A stretch of DNA of 63,142 nucleotides, filler included, from Candidatus Rokuibacteriota bacterium (lineage in GTDB: Bacteria > JAUVQV01 > DATDCY01): the NCBI GenBank assembly GCA_031406795.1. It is 5 parts of 5 records of this genome, joined end to end, with 100 filler letters (N's around TTAATTAATTAA, not from the genome) between each part and the next. Parts side by side here need not be neighbours in the genome. Positions count along the whole stretch, not along the records: positions 1 to 20,474 come from JANOHV010000021.1; positions 20,575 to 33,814 come from JANOHV010000039.1; 3 more parts are not named here. One strand, given 5' to 3'. The notes under the pieces were generated by a model. The model worked only from the letters and a program-made list of their open reading frames with translations. It was not told the origin of the DNA and did no database searches. Position 1 is the stretch's first letter, and each line of letters starts with the position of its first letter. Positions 16,812 to 25,076 of this stretch are shown in pieces. Position numbers and translations under genes: made by a program.

Positions 16812-18428
16812 TCAGGCCAGCGGCCGCGGCGCCACGTCGAAAGCGCCTAGGGGAACGGGGACGCCGCAGGCGCGCAGCTGCTGGGCGCGCGCGACCGCGA
16901 TGGCGCCCTCGAGCAGGTTGCGCCCGATCTGGGCCACGGTGCGCCGCGAGGGATCCTCGAGGAACGAGCCGCGCACCCAGTCGTTGAACGCGCCCATCGC
17001 CGGCCCGCACCAGATCTGATAGTCGGCGCGGCGCGCCGGGTCCTCGGCGATGGCCCAACGGCTGGACTGGCCGAGATACCAGCGGAAACACAAGGCCATC
17101 CGGTGCTTCGGGTCGCGGCCCGCGCGCTCGTTCTGGCGCGGGTCGCGCCCCGCCCAGTAACGTTCGGTCTGCTCGATCACCGCCTCGAGCGGCAGCAGGA
17201 AGATCTCCTTCTCCAGGCGCGCGCGCTCGGCCGGGGGAATCTCCTCGATGCGGGCGCAGGATTTATAGAGTTCCCGCAGGCGCCTGGCGCGCGCGGCGAA
17301 GAGCGTGCCGCGCCGCAGGACCTGGACCTGCGCGCCGAGTTCGAACATGTCGGCCGCCGGCGCCATGGCGACATCGGCCACCCCCGCCTGCGCGAGCAGC
17401 GCTCGTCCCGACGCGCCGAGCCCGGACTCCACGGCGGCCTGATTCACTGACCCGGTCAGCACGTAGGCCGCCCCGAGCGCGAACGCCGCGGCGACCGCGG
17501 AGGGGGTGCCGAGCCCGCCGGCGGCGCCGAGGCGCACCTGGCGGCCGTGGCCATGGGTCATCGCAAGCTCGGCAGCCGCGCGGGCGATGCTCGGGAAGAT
17601 CGCTGTCAAGGGCCGGTTGTCCGTGTGTCCGCCGGAATCGGCCTCGACCGTCAGGTCCTCCGCCAGCGGCACGCGCCGCGCAAGCTCCGCCTCTTCCCGC
17701 GTGAGGCGCCCGGCCGCGACGAGCGCGTCGAGCAGCTCCTGCGGGGCCGGCGCGAGAAAGAGGCGCGCCGTCTCGGGACGCGAGATCTTGGCGAAGACGT
17801 GATTCTTCCGCTGCACGCGCCCGGCGGCATCGGCGGTGAGCCCCGAGCAGGCGTACTGCACGACGGGGAGCGTGAGCTTCATGAACGCCGAGGCGGAGAC
17901 GCGGCGCACGCGCCGCCGCAGGTAGACCGCGACGGTCGCGTCCTCGAGCGCCGATTCCTGCGGGGAGTGGATGAGGTTCGACCCCCACGGGCCATCCGGC
18001 CCCAGTTCGCGCGCGAGTTGTGCGACCGCATCTTCGATGTGCGCCGGGTCGAGCCCGGCCGCCCCGAAGAACCCGATGAAGCCGGCGCGCGCCGCCTCGA
18101 CTACCATCGCGACGGTCGTGAGACCGTTCGCCATCTCCCCGACCACGTACGGAAAGCGCAGTCCGTGCGTCTCGCAGAAGGATCGATCCCCCAGCCACTC
18201 GGGGTAGAGGGCGGGGAGCAGCGCGGTTACGGTCGCGTCGATTTCCGCCGCGGGGTCCTCGACCGCGTCTGCGAAGAGGACGCCCGGCCGGTTCCGCCGG
18301 CTATCGAGTACGACGGCAACGGGCTCGCGGGGACTCCCCGCGGCCTTCACGAACGCCGCGGGGGCGAATGCGGCGGGAGCGGTGCGCACCGCGGTGCCCG
18401 CCAGCGGGAGCGTCCCGGTGAAGATCAT
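16812..18428 (-). CDS. pfaD: PfaD-family FMN-dependent enoyl-ACP reductase (Pfa1)
   Basis: LGDRSFCETHGLRFPYVVGEMANG, NLIHSPQE, SASAFM, AKISRPE, TVEADSGGHTDNRP, DMFELG, DYQIWCGPAMGAFN. Confidence 0.95.
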   Translation of the reverse strand: MIFTGTLPLAGTAVRTAPAAFAPAAFVKAAGSPREPVAVVLDSRRNRPGVLFADAVEDPAAEIDATVTALLPALYPEWLGDRSFCETHGLRFPYVVGEMANGLTTVAMVVEAARAGFIGFFGAAGLDPAHIEDAVAQLARELGPDGPWGSNLIHSPQESALEDATVAVYLRRRVRRVSASAFMKLTLPVVQYACSGLTADAAGRVQRKNHVFAKISRPETARLFLAPAPQELLDALVAAGRLTREEAELARRVPLAEDLTVEADSGGHTDNRPLTAIFPSIARAAAELAMTHGHGRQVRLGAAGGLGTPSAVAAAFALGAAYVLTGSVNQAAVESGLGASGRALLAQAGVADVAMAPAADMFELGAQVQVLRRGTLFAARARRLRELYKSCARIEEIPPAERARLEKEIFLLPLEAVIEQTERYWAGRDPRQNERAGRDPKHRMALCFRWYLGQSSRWAIAEDPARRADYQIWCGPAMGAFNDWVRGSFLEDPSRRTVAQIGRNLLEGAIAVARAQQLRACGVPVPLGAFDVAPRPLA

Positions 18429-18946
18429 GTCTGCAACGTCTCAGTCCTGCCGCCACGCACCCGCATCTCCACCTCGAACCTGCAATTCCTCGCCTCATAC
18501 TCGCCGGGATTGGAATTTTCCGCCGATACCACAAGCTTGTCAAGGAGCTGCAAATCGCAGCAACGGCCGACGGGCGTTGCAGGCGTTCCACCCGCAGGAA
18601 TCATGCTCGCCACGTGGAGGGTCCTCCGGGGTGTCGCTCGCGGCGCCCCTCGCTTTCTTCTCCGGTAGGGTGGCGTCGCAGAAATGGATAGTTCACTCCA
18701 TATGAATGCTGGGACGCATGCGATAAATTTTTCAACCAACCGAGACGATCTCCTTTCAGGGGAGCGCACCGGGTGGTGCTTCGCGCACCGCGATGCGAGT
18801 CCAGCGCGGGAGAATGAATGGTTTTTCATGCGGACTTCGTCCGCATGCAACCGCAGCCGAGTGAAGGGGGGGTGCAGCCTGGCAATCGCGGGATGGGCGC
18901 GGGTAGTGGTCGCATGGTTTCCTGACGTCAACGAAGGAGGAACGAA

Positions 18947-20474
18947 ATGACTTCACCGAAAAGAATTCTTGGCTTTGTCGTGCTGGCGGCGGTACTCGTC
19001 GCGACGACATTGTCCGTCCCGAGTTTTGCGGCGCCGCTGCCGGGAGGGACGCTCAATCCCCTGTCGATCGCCAAGTTCGTCGACCCACTGCCCATCCCGG
19101 GCGTCATGCCCCAGACACCTGATCCCGCCCTGTCCGGACAGGGCATCGACTACTACGAGATCGGCCTGCGGCAGTTCAAGCAGCAGGTGCTCTCCTCCAA
19201 GACCACCAAGAACAAGGCTCTCCCCAAGACGACGGTCTGGGGGTACGGGTCCCTGACCAACCCGGCGACGTTCAGCTACCCGTCGCTTTCGATCGAGGCC
19301 GCGTACAACAAGCCGCTGCGGGTCAAGTGGGTGAACCAACTGGTCGTCAACCCGGATGCCTGCGCGGCATCGGCGACCCCGGCTACCGACCCGGCCTGCA
19401 ATTTCCTTCCCCATCTGCTCCCGGTGGACCAGACGCTGCACTGGGCGAATCCAGCCATGGACGGACCCGGCTGTTTCGATATGATGACGCCGCCCATGCC
19501 GATGCCCGATTGCCGGGGCATCAGCCAACTCCCCTACACCGGCCCCGTGCCGTCGGTCCCGCACCTGCACGGCGCGCACGTGGAAGACCACAGCGACGGC
19601 TATCCTTCGGCCTGGTTCCTGCCGGCGGCGAACAACATCGATCCGACGTATGCGACCGTGGGCTCGACCTTCAATCAGAGCCAGATCCCGGGCGCGTTCG
19701 ACATCCCCGGCGAGGCGCTCTATCAGTATCGCAACGACCAGCGCGCCACGACGCTCTGGTTCCACGACCACACGCTCGGCATGACCCGCACGAATGTCTA
19801 CGCGGGGCCGGCGGGGTTCTATCTCGTGCGCGGCGGAGCCGACGATCTCCCGCCGGCCGCACTTCCCAGCGGCAAGTACGAGATCCCGCTGGTCATCCAG
19901 GACCGGTCGTTCAACGCGAACGGCTCGCTCTTCTACCCGGACACCCGGGCCTTCTTCGACGGCTACCTCGGGCCGTACACCGGGGACGCGCTCTTCCCGA
20001 GCGACGTCGCGCCGCTGCATAACCCGGAGTTCTTCGGCAACACGATGGTCGTCAACGGGAAGACCTGGCCCTTCCTGAACGTCGAGCCGCGCAAATACCG
20101 CTTCCGCATTCTCAACGGCTCCGACTCGCGGTTCCTCGTGCTCGCGCTCAACAACATGAACGTCAAAGTCACCCAGATCGGCTCGGAGGGCGGGTTCCTG
20201 CCGGCTCCGGTGCCGCTCCCGCAGCTGCTCGTCGGCCCGGCTGAGCGGGCGGACGTCATCATCGACTTCTCGAAAATGAAAGTCGGCTCCACGATCACGA
20301 TGAGGAACCTCGGCCCCGACTCCCCCTTCGGCGGCTTCCCGATCGCCCCGATCGACCGTGCCGACCCCTCGACGACGGGCCTGGTGATGCAGTTCAAGGT
20401 CGTGCGGCTGAACTCGGTCGACACGCCCGCGCTGGCCACGCTCGCGTTCCCGGCGATCGCCCCGATCAGCGAGG
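18947..20474 (+). CDS. Multicopper oxidase (CotA/bilirubin-oxidase-like), 3'-truncated at contig end
   Basis: Signal peptide; copper motifs PHLHGAH and LWFHDHTLG; YRFRILNGSDSRF; AERADVIIDFS; AAGGAGG RBS. Confidence 0.9.
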
Positions 20475-20574
20475 NNNNNNNNNNNNNNNNNNNNNNNNNN
20501 NNNNNNNNNNNNNNNNNNTTAATTAATTAANNNNNNNNNNNNNNNNNNNNNNNNNNNNNNNNNNNNNNNNNNNN
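20475..20574. other. Artificial contig-joining spacer
   Basis: N44-TTAATTAATTAA-N44, with stops in all six frames. Confidence 0.98.
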
Positions 20575-20673
20575 AACATCGCCGAGGACGTGATCTACAT
20601 GGTCGACGGCAACATCGTGCGCCACAAGCCGGAGGAGTACCAGGCGTCGGAGAGCTGCGGGGGAGAGGGCTAG
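20575..20673 (+). CDS. phoU: Phosphate-uptake regulator PhoU, C-terminal fragment
   Basis: Translates as NIAEDVIYMVDGNIVRHKPEEYQASESCGGEG-stop, the typical PhoU C-terminus; directly upstream of ppx. Confidence 0.8.
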   Translation, partial: NIAEDVIYMVDGNIVRHKPEEYQASESCGGEG

Positions 20674-20678
20674 GCGGG

Positions 20679-22190
20679 GTGATGCGCGCCGCGCGTCGTG
20701 CGCCGAGGTGCCAGCCGCGGGTCTTCGCGGCCGTCGACCTCGGTTCGAACAGCTTCCACCTCGTCGTGGCGCGGCTGCGCCACGGGGAGCTCGAGATCAT
20801 CGACCGGCTCCAGGAGATGGTGCGGTTCGCGGGCGGGCTCGACGACGAGGGGCGCCTGACCGCGGAAGCTACGGAGCGGGCGCTCGCCTGCCTCGCGCGC
20901 TTCGGCCAGCGGCTGCGGGGGGTCTGCGCCGACAGCGTGCGCGCGGTCGGGACGAGCACGCTGCGGCGGGCGCGCAACCGCGGCGAGTTCCTCGCGCGCG
21001 CCGAGCAGTCGCTTGGAGCGCGGATCGAGATCGTCTCCGGGCGCGAGGAGGCCCGGCTCATCCACCTCGGCGTCGCCCACGGGATCGCCGGCGACGGGCC
21101 GCACCTGGTGGTCGACATCGGGGGCGGCAGCACGGAGCTGATCGTCGGGGAGGGGCAGGAGCCGCGCCGCATGGAGAGTCTGCACATGGGGTGCGTCGGC
21201 ATCAGCCGGCGCCACTTCGCGGACGGGCGCATCACCGCCCGGCGGCTGGCGGAGGCGGTGACCGCGGCCCGGCTCGAGCTTGAGCCGGTGGAGTCCCAGT
21301 TTCTCGGCCGGCTGCGCGCGGTCTACGGGTCATCGGGGACGATCGGCACCATCGGCGCCGTGGCCCGCGAGGCCGGCTGGGCGGCGGACGCAATCACGCC
21401 GGCCGCACTCGCGAAGCTCCGGGGGGCGCTCCTCGCCGCCGGAAGCGTGCGGCGCCTGCGTTTGCCCGGCCTGAGCACGGAGCGCGCCCCGGTCTTCCCC
21501 GGCGGCGTCGCCATCCTGATCGCGGTCTTCGAGGCGCTAGGGATCGAGGCGATGCGGGTCTCGGAAAGCGCCCTGCGCGAAGGGGTGCTCTTCGACCTGG
21601 TCGGCCGCATCCGCCACACCGACATCCGCGGGCGCACCGTCGCCGCTCTCGCGCTGCGCCACGCCGTCGACGGGGCGCAGGCGGCGCGCGTCGAGCGCAC
21701 CGCGCACGCGCTCTTCGGCCAGGTCGCCGGCGCCTGGGGCCTCGGCGACGACGATGCGGCGCTGCTCGCCTGGGCGGCCCGGCTGCACGAAGTCGGCCTC
21801 GCCATTTCGCACAGCCAGTACCACAAACACGGGGACTACCTCGTCCGCAACGCGGACCTGCTGGGCTTCTCGAACACGGAACAGCAGCTCCTCGCGGTAC
21901 TCGTGCGCGCGCACCGGCGCAAGTTCCCGGCCGCCGAGTTCGAGGTGTTCCCGAAGGCCGACGCGGAGAAGGCGCGCCGGCTGGCGCTGTTGCTGCGCCT
22001 CGCGGTGCTGCTGCACCGCTCACGGACCCCGGCGGCGCTCCCCTCGATCGCCGTCGCAGCAGCCGGAAAAGGCCTCACCCTCGCGTTCCCCCGGGGGTGG
22101 CTTGCCGCCCACCCGCTGACTGCCGCCGACCTCGCGCAGGAGAAGGAGTATCTCGTTCGCGCCGGCCTCGCCCTCCGGACCGTCGCCTGA
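20679..22190 (+). CDS. ppx: Exopolyphosphatase Ppx/GppA
   Basis: AAVDLGSNSFHL, SGREEARLI, VDIGGGSTE, SESALREG, HD-like region ARLHEVG...YHKHGDY. Confidence 0.93.
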   Translation: MMRAARRAPRCQPRVFAAVDLGSNSFHLVVARLRHGELEIIDRLQEMVRFAGGLDDEGRLTAEATERALACLARFGQRLRGVCADSVRAVGTSTLRRARNRGEFLARAEQSLGARIEIVSGREEARLIHLGVAHGIAGDGPHLVVDIGGGSTELIVGEGQEPRRMESLHMGCVGISRRHFADGRITARRLAEAVTAARLELEPVESQFLGRLRAVYGSSGTIGTIGAVAREAGWAADAITPAALAKLRGALLAAGSVRRLRLPGLSTERAPVFPGGVAILIAVFEALGIEAMRVSESALREGVLFDLVGRIRHTDIRGRTVAALALRHAVDGAQAARVERTAHALFGQVAGAWGLGDDDAALLAWAARLHEVGLAISHSQYHKHGDYLVRNADLLGFSNTEQQLLAVLVRAHRRKFPAAEFEVFPKADAEKARRLALLLRLAVLLHRSRTPAALPSIAVAAAGKGLTLAFPRGWLAAHPLTAADLAQEKEYLVRAGLALRTVA

Positions 22191-22213
22191 CCCCCGTCCC
22201 GCGCCATGCACCA

Positions 22214-22248
22214 GCCGCCTCGCGTGGTTTCGCGATGGCGGTTTTATT
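22214..22248 (+). terminator. Probable intrinsic terminator after ppx
   Basis: GCCGCCTCGCG-tggttt-CGCGAtGGCGG stem followed by TTTTATT. Confidence 0.5.
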
Positions 22249-22249
22249 C

Positions 22250-22277
22250 TTGACACCCCCTCGCGGGTATTGATAAT
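22250..22277 (+). promoter_or_regulatory. Sigma70-type promoter for purA
   Basis: TTGACA (22250-22255), 16-bp spacer, GATAAT (22272-22277). Confidence 0.6.
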
Positions 22278-22425
22278 CGGGGACGAAGATTTTCGCTGGA
22301 GTTTACCGCAGTCCGGGGGCAAGGGCGGGTGAGATGAGCGGACGGCTTGCGCGCGCCCGGGCCGGGATCCCGACACGGTTCGAGAGAACATGGTTGCAGC
22401 TGCAACCAACCAAGGAGAACGTGAG

Positions 22426-23718
22426 ATGCCGACGCTGATCGTGGTAGGCGCCCAGTGGGGCGATGAAGGCAAGGGGAAGATCGTCGACCTGCTGACCGAC
22501 CGCGCCGACCTGGTGGTGCGCTACGCCGGCGGCAACAACGCCGGGCACACGATCATCGTCGGCGGAGAAAAATTCGTGCTGCACCTGATCCCCTCCGGCA
22601 TCCTGCACGCCAAGAAGCGCTGCTTCCTCGGCGGGGGCATGGTGCTCGACCCCGAGGCCTTCCTCGCCGAAGTCGAGAAACTGATCGCGCGCGGCATCAA
22701 GATCGGCACGCGGCTGAAGATCGCCCCCGAGACGCACCTGATCATGCCCTACCACAAGACGATCGACCTCGAGAGCGAGAAACTGCGCGGCAAGCGCAAG
22801 ATCGGCACGACCGGCCGCGGCATCGGGCCGGCCTACGTCGACAAGATCGCGCGCATCGGCATCCGCGTCGCCGACCTGCTCGACACTGAGGTCTTCCGCG
22901 ACAAGCTGGCGCACAACATCGCCGAGAAGAACTACCTCTACCGGGAGATCTACGGGATCGGCGCGCTCAAGGCCGCGCCGATCTTCAAGCTCTACTCCGA
23001 GTTCGGGCGTCTGATCGCGCCGTTCGTCGCCGACGTCTCGCGCATCGCCGACGAGGCCGGCCGCGCCGGGCAGAGCGTGCTGTTCGAGGGCGCGCAGGGG
23101 ACGATGCTCGACGTCGACCACGGCACCTACCCGTTCGTGACGTCGTCTTCGGCCGTCTCGGGCGGCGCCTGCACCGGCGCCGGCGTCGGGCCGACCGCCA
23201 TCGACGCGGTGATCGGGGTGATCAAGGCCTACACCACGCGCGTCGGCGAAGGGCCCTTCGCGACCGAACTGCTGGACAAGACCGGTGAGCGGCTGCGCGA
23301 CGGCGGCAGCGAGTACGGCGCCACGACCGGGCGGCCGCGCCGCTGCGGCTGGTTCGATGGCGTGGTCGCGCGCTACTCGCGGCGGATCAACGGTCTGACC
23401 GGGCTGGCCCTGACGAAGCTCGACGTGCTCGACGGCTTCCCCGAGATCAAGATCTGCACCGCTTACAAGTACAAGGGCAAGACCATCAAGGAGATGCCCT
23501 ACGGCCTGAACGAGTGGCGCGAGGCCAAGCCGGTCTACCGCACCGTGAAGGGGTGGACCAGGCCGACGGCGGGGACGCGCTGCCTGTCCGACCTTCCGGT
23601 TCAGGCGCGCGACTACGTGAAAATGCTCGAAGATCTCGTGGAGTGCCCGTTCAAGATCGTCTCCACGGGCGCCGGGCGCGAGGAGACGATCGAGCTGGGC
23701 GACCCCTACAAGCGTTGA
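22426..23718 (+). CDS. purA: Adenylosuccinate synthetase
   Basis: GAQWGDEGKGKIVD, GGNNAGHT, IGTTGRGIGPAY, EGAQG...DHGTYPFVTSS, TTGRPRRCGW; AAGGAG RBS before ATG 22426. Confidence 0.98.
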   Translation: MPTLIVVGAQWGDEGKGKIVDLLTDRADLVVRYAGGNNAGHTIIVGGEKFVLHLIPSGILHAKKRCFLGGGMVLDPEAFLAEVEKLIARGIKIGTRLKIAPETHLIMPYHKTIDLESEKLRGKRKIGTTGRGIGPAYVDKIARIGIRVADLLDTEVFRDKLAHNIAEKNYLYREIYGIGALKAAPIFKLYSEFGRLIAPFVADVSRIADEAGRAGQSVLFEGAQGTMLDVDHGTYPFVTSSSAVSGGACTGAGVGPTAIDAVIGVIKAYTTRVGEGPFATELLDKTGERLRDGGSEYGATTGRPRRCGWFDGVVARYSRRINGLTGLALTKLDVLDGFPEIKICTAYKYKGKTIKEMPYGLNEWREAKPVYRTVKGWTRPTAGTRCLSDLPVQARDYVKMLEDLVECPFKIVSTGAGREETIELGDPYKR

Positions 23719-23724
23719 GGAAAA

Positions 23725-23753
23725 TTGACACCCGGCCCGACTTTGGCTATATT
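23725..23753 (+). promoter_or_regulatory. Sigma70 promoter of the tRNA pair
   Basis: TTGACA-17 bp-TATATT, ending 13 bp before tRNA-Lys. Confidence 0.8.
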
Positions 23754-23766
23754 CTGCAGTCTGTGC

Positions 23767-23841
23767 GGGCCGCTAGCTCAGTGGTAGAGCATCTGCCTTT
23801 TAAGCAGAGGGTCGTTGGTTCGATCCCAACGCGGCTCACCA
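23767..23841 (+). tRNA. tRNA-Lys (anticodon TTT)
   Basis: GGGCCGC acceptor stem, TAGCTCAGTGGTAGAGC D arm, CTGC-CTTTTAA-GCAG anticodon arm, GGTTCGATCCC T arm, encoded CCA. Confidence 0.97.
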
Positions 23842-23848
23842 GGAACGG

Positions 23849-23926
23849 GTCCCCATCGTCTAGTCCGGCCCAGGACACCGCCCTTTCACGGCGGTAACGG
23901 GGGTTCAAATCCCCCTGGGGACGCCA
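23849..23926 (+). tRNA. tRNA-Glu (anticodon TTC)
   Basis: GTCCCCA/TGGGGAC acceptor stem, CCGCC-CTTTCAC-GGCGG anticodon arm, GGTTCAAATCC T arm, encoded CCA. Confidence 0.97.
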
Positions 23927-23934
23927 TACACTCG

Positions 23935-24167
23935 GCGGGCGAAATCGGCCTGCGACTGCGTTGCACTCCTCGCGTCTTCCTGCGGCGGGCACAAGCCCGC
24001 CTCGGAATCCACTTCGTCGCGCGCCTTGTCTCGGCTCGATTTCGCGCCGCCTCCCTGACCGTTCCCCGGCATCCGCTCGTCGCGCGCGCCTCGATCTGCT
24101 GTGCCCTTGCGTCGCTCCCACCCCGTTCCTGCGGGCGAAATCGGCCTGCGACCGCGTTGCACTCCTC
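23935..24167. repeat. Pair of 37-bp direct repeats (one mismatch) with a partial inverted copy; MITE-like debris
   Basis: GCGGGCGAAATCGGCCTGCGAC(T/C)GCGTTGCACTCCTC at 23935-23971 and 24131-24167; GGCTCGATTTCGCGCCGC near 24033-24050 is partly complementary to it. Confidence 0.75.
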
Positions 24168-24305
24168 CTCGAGAGCGGGCAGGGGCTCCACCGTGCCGAG
24201 GATGGTCTTCAGGTCCTCCGCCGGGTGTTATAGCTCGGTCCTGAGTCCATGGCTTTGACGCAGGTCGAGACGGATGTCCGCCCGTCGGGGCAGCTCGGCC
24301 GGATG

Positions 24306-24671
24306 TCAGGTCTCCGGCGGCGGGCAGAAGGCCCCTGCCGACAGACCGGCCGGCTGGCAGTGGAAAACCCGGTTGAACCTCGAGCGAAAATGGCCCTGCG
24401 CGATATGGGTCGCCAATTCCACCAGTTGAGCGTTGCTGAAGTGCTGCTGCAGTTGGGCGAACAATCCGTCGCTGACGCTCGCCGGGGTGGCCGCCATGCC
24501 GACCGCCAGATCGAGCACGAGATTTTCGGTGGGACCGAACACGCCGCTCTCGCGATGACGGGAAAGGTTCGCCAGATGCAGGCTCGGCACCTGGGCGGCG
24601 ATCCGCCACATCTCCGACACGCGGCCCAGACGCCGCCGCGCGACCCCGAACAGCACCCGGCTAGGGATCAC
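24306..24671 (-). pseudogene. Carboxymuconolactone-decarboxylase/AhpD-like gene, apparently internally deleted
   Basis: The C-terminal half LVLDLAVGMAATPASVSDGLFAQLQQHFSNAQLVELATHIA...RSRFNR is CMD-like, but the central CxxC-bearing helices are absent and the start is weak. Confidence 0.55.
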
Positions 24672-24702
24672 GGGAATTTCCCCCGACGGCGCTTCGGCTG
24701 TC

Positions 24703-24711
24703 TGCTAGAAT
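24703..24711 (+). promoter_or_regulatory. Extended -10 element, possible leaderless promoter of the selenoprotein gene
   Basis: TGCTAGAAT ends 6 nt before ATG 24718; no Shine-Dalgarno is visible. Confidence 0.5.
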
Positions 24712-24717
24712 GCCGCC

Positions 24718-24912
24718 ATGGATCAGCCGGTGAAGAAGCAGGCGCCGCGATGCGCTGCCTGTGGCGGCCGGCTCGAACTCGGCTACGGCTGACGCGGGAT
24801 GAGCCTCCGCTGCCGTGATTGCAGCCGGGAAGAGACGATCGGCGCGCACCTCGAGGAGATCGACGAGCAGACCTGGGAGCGGATCGCCGCCCGGCGCTGC
24901 GACCGGGCGTGA
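24718..24912 (+). CDS. Small dual-CXXC candidate selenoprotein (UGA at codon 25)
   Basis: Read-through translation: MDQPVKKQAPRCAACGGRLELGYG-U-RGMSLRCRDCSREETIGAHLEEIDEQTWERIAARRCDRA (64 aa). TGA at 24790-24792; downstream hairpin GCTGC-CGTGATT-GCAGC at 24809-24825. Confidence 0.8.
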
Positions 24913-24924
24913 GTCAACCCAGCA

Positions 24925-25069
24925 GGGAGTGCGGGGGGTCTTCATGAGCGGCTACGCGGCCGACATCCTCGCCGATCCGAAGAACGCCGGGCCGGGCGTC
25001 GTCATCCTCTCCAAGCCGTTACTGCCGCGGGAGCTGCTGCGGCGGGTGCGTGAGGCGCTCGACGCCTGA
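24925..25069 (+). pseudogene. Orphan C-terminal fragment of a response-regulator receiver domain
   Basis: GVRGVFMSGYAADIL...ILSKPLLPRELLRRVREALDA covers only the beta4-alpha5 part of a REC domain; there is no phospho-acceptor region. Confidence 0.6.
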
Positions 25070-25076
25070 ACCACCG

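Noticed and set aside
3239-17019. Many long plus-strand ORFs (600-770 aa) antisense to the pfa genes
   Set aside because: Shadow ORFs expected in very GC-rich coding DNA; they show no recognisable motifs, while the minus-strand frames have complete domain sets.
18429-18946. Long divergent intergenic region between pfaD and the multicopper oxidase, examined for a riboswitch or sigma54 promoter
   Set aside because: I could not identify a convincing consensus or conserved structure, and the ORFs called here have no recognisable features.
23935-24167. 37-bp direct repeats as a possible mini CRISPR array or prophage att sites
   Set aside because: Only two copies about 160 bp apart, no cas or integrase genes, and the repeat does not match the tRNA 3' end.
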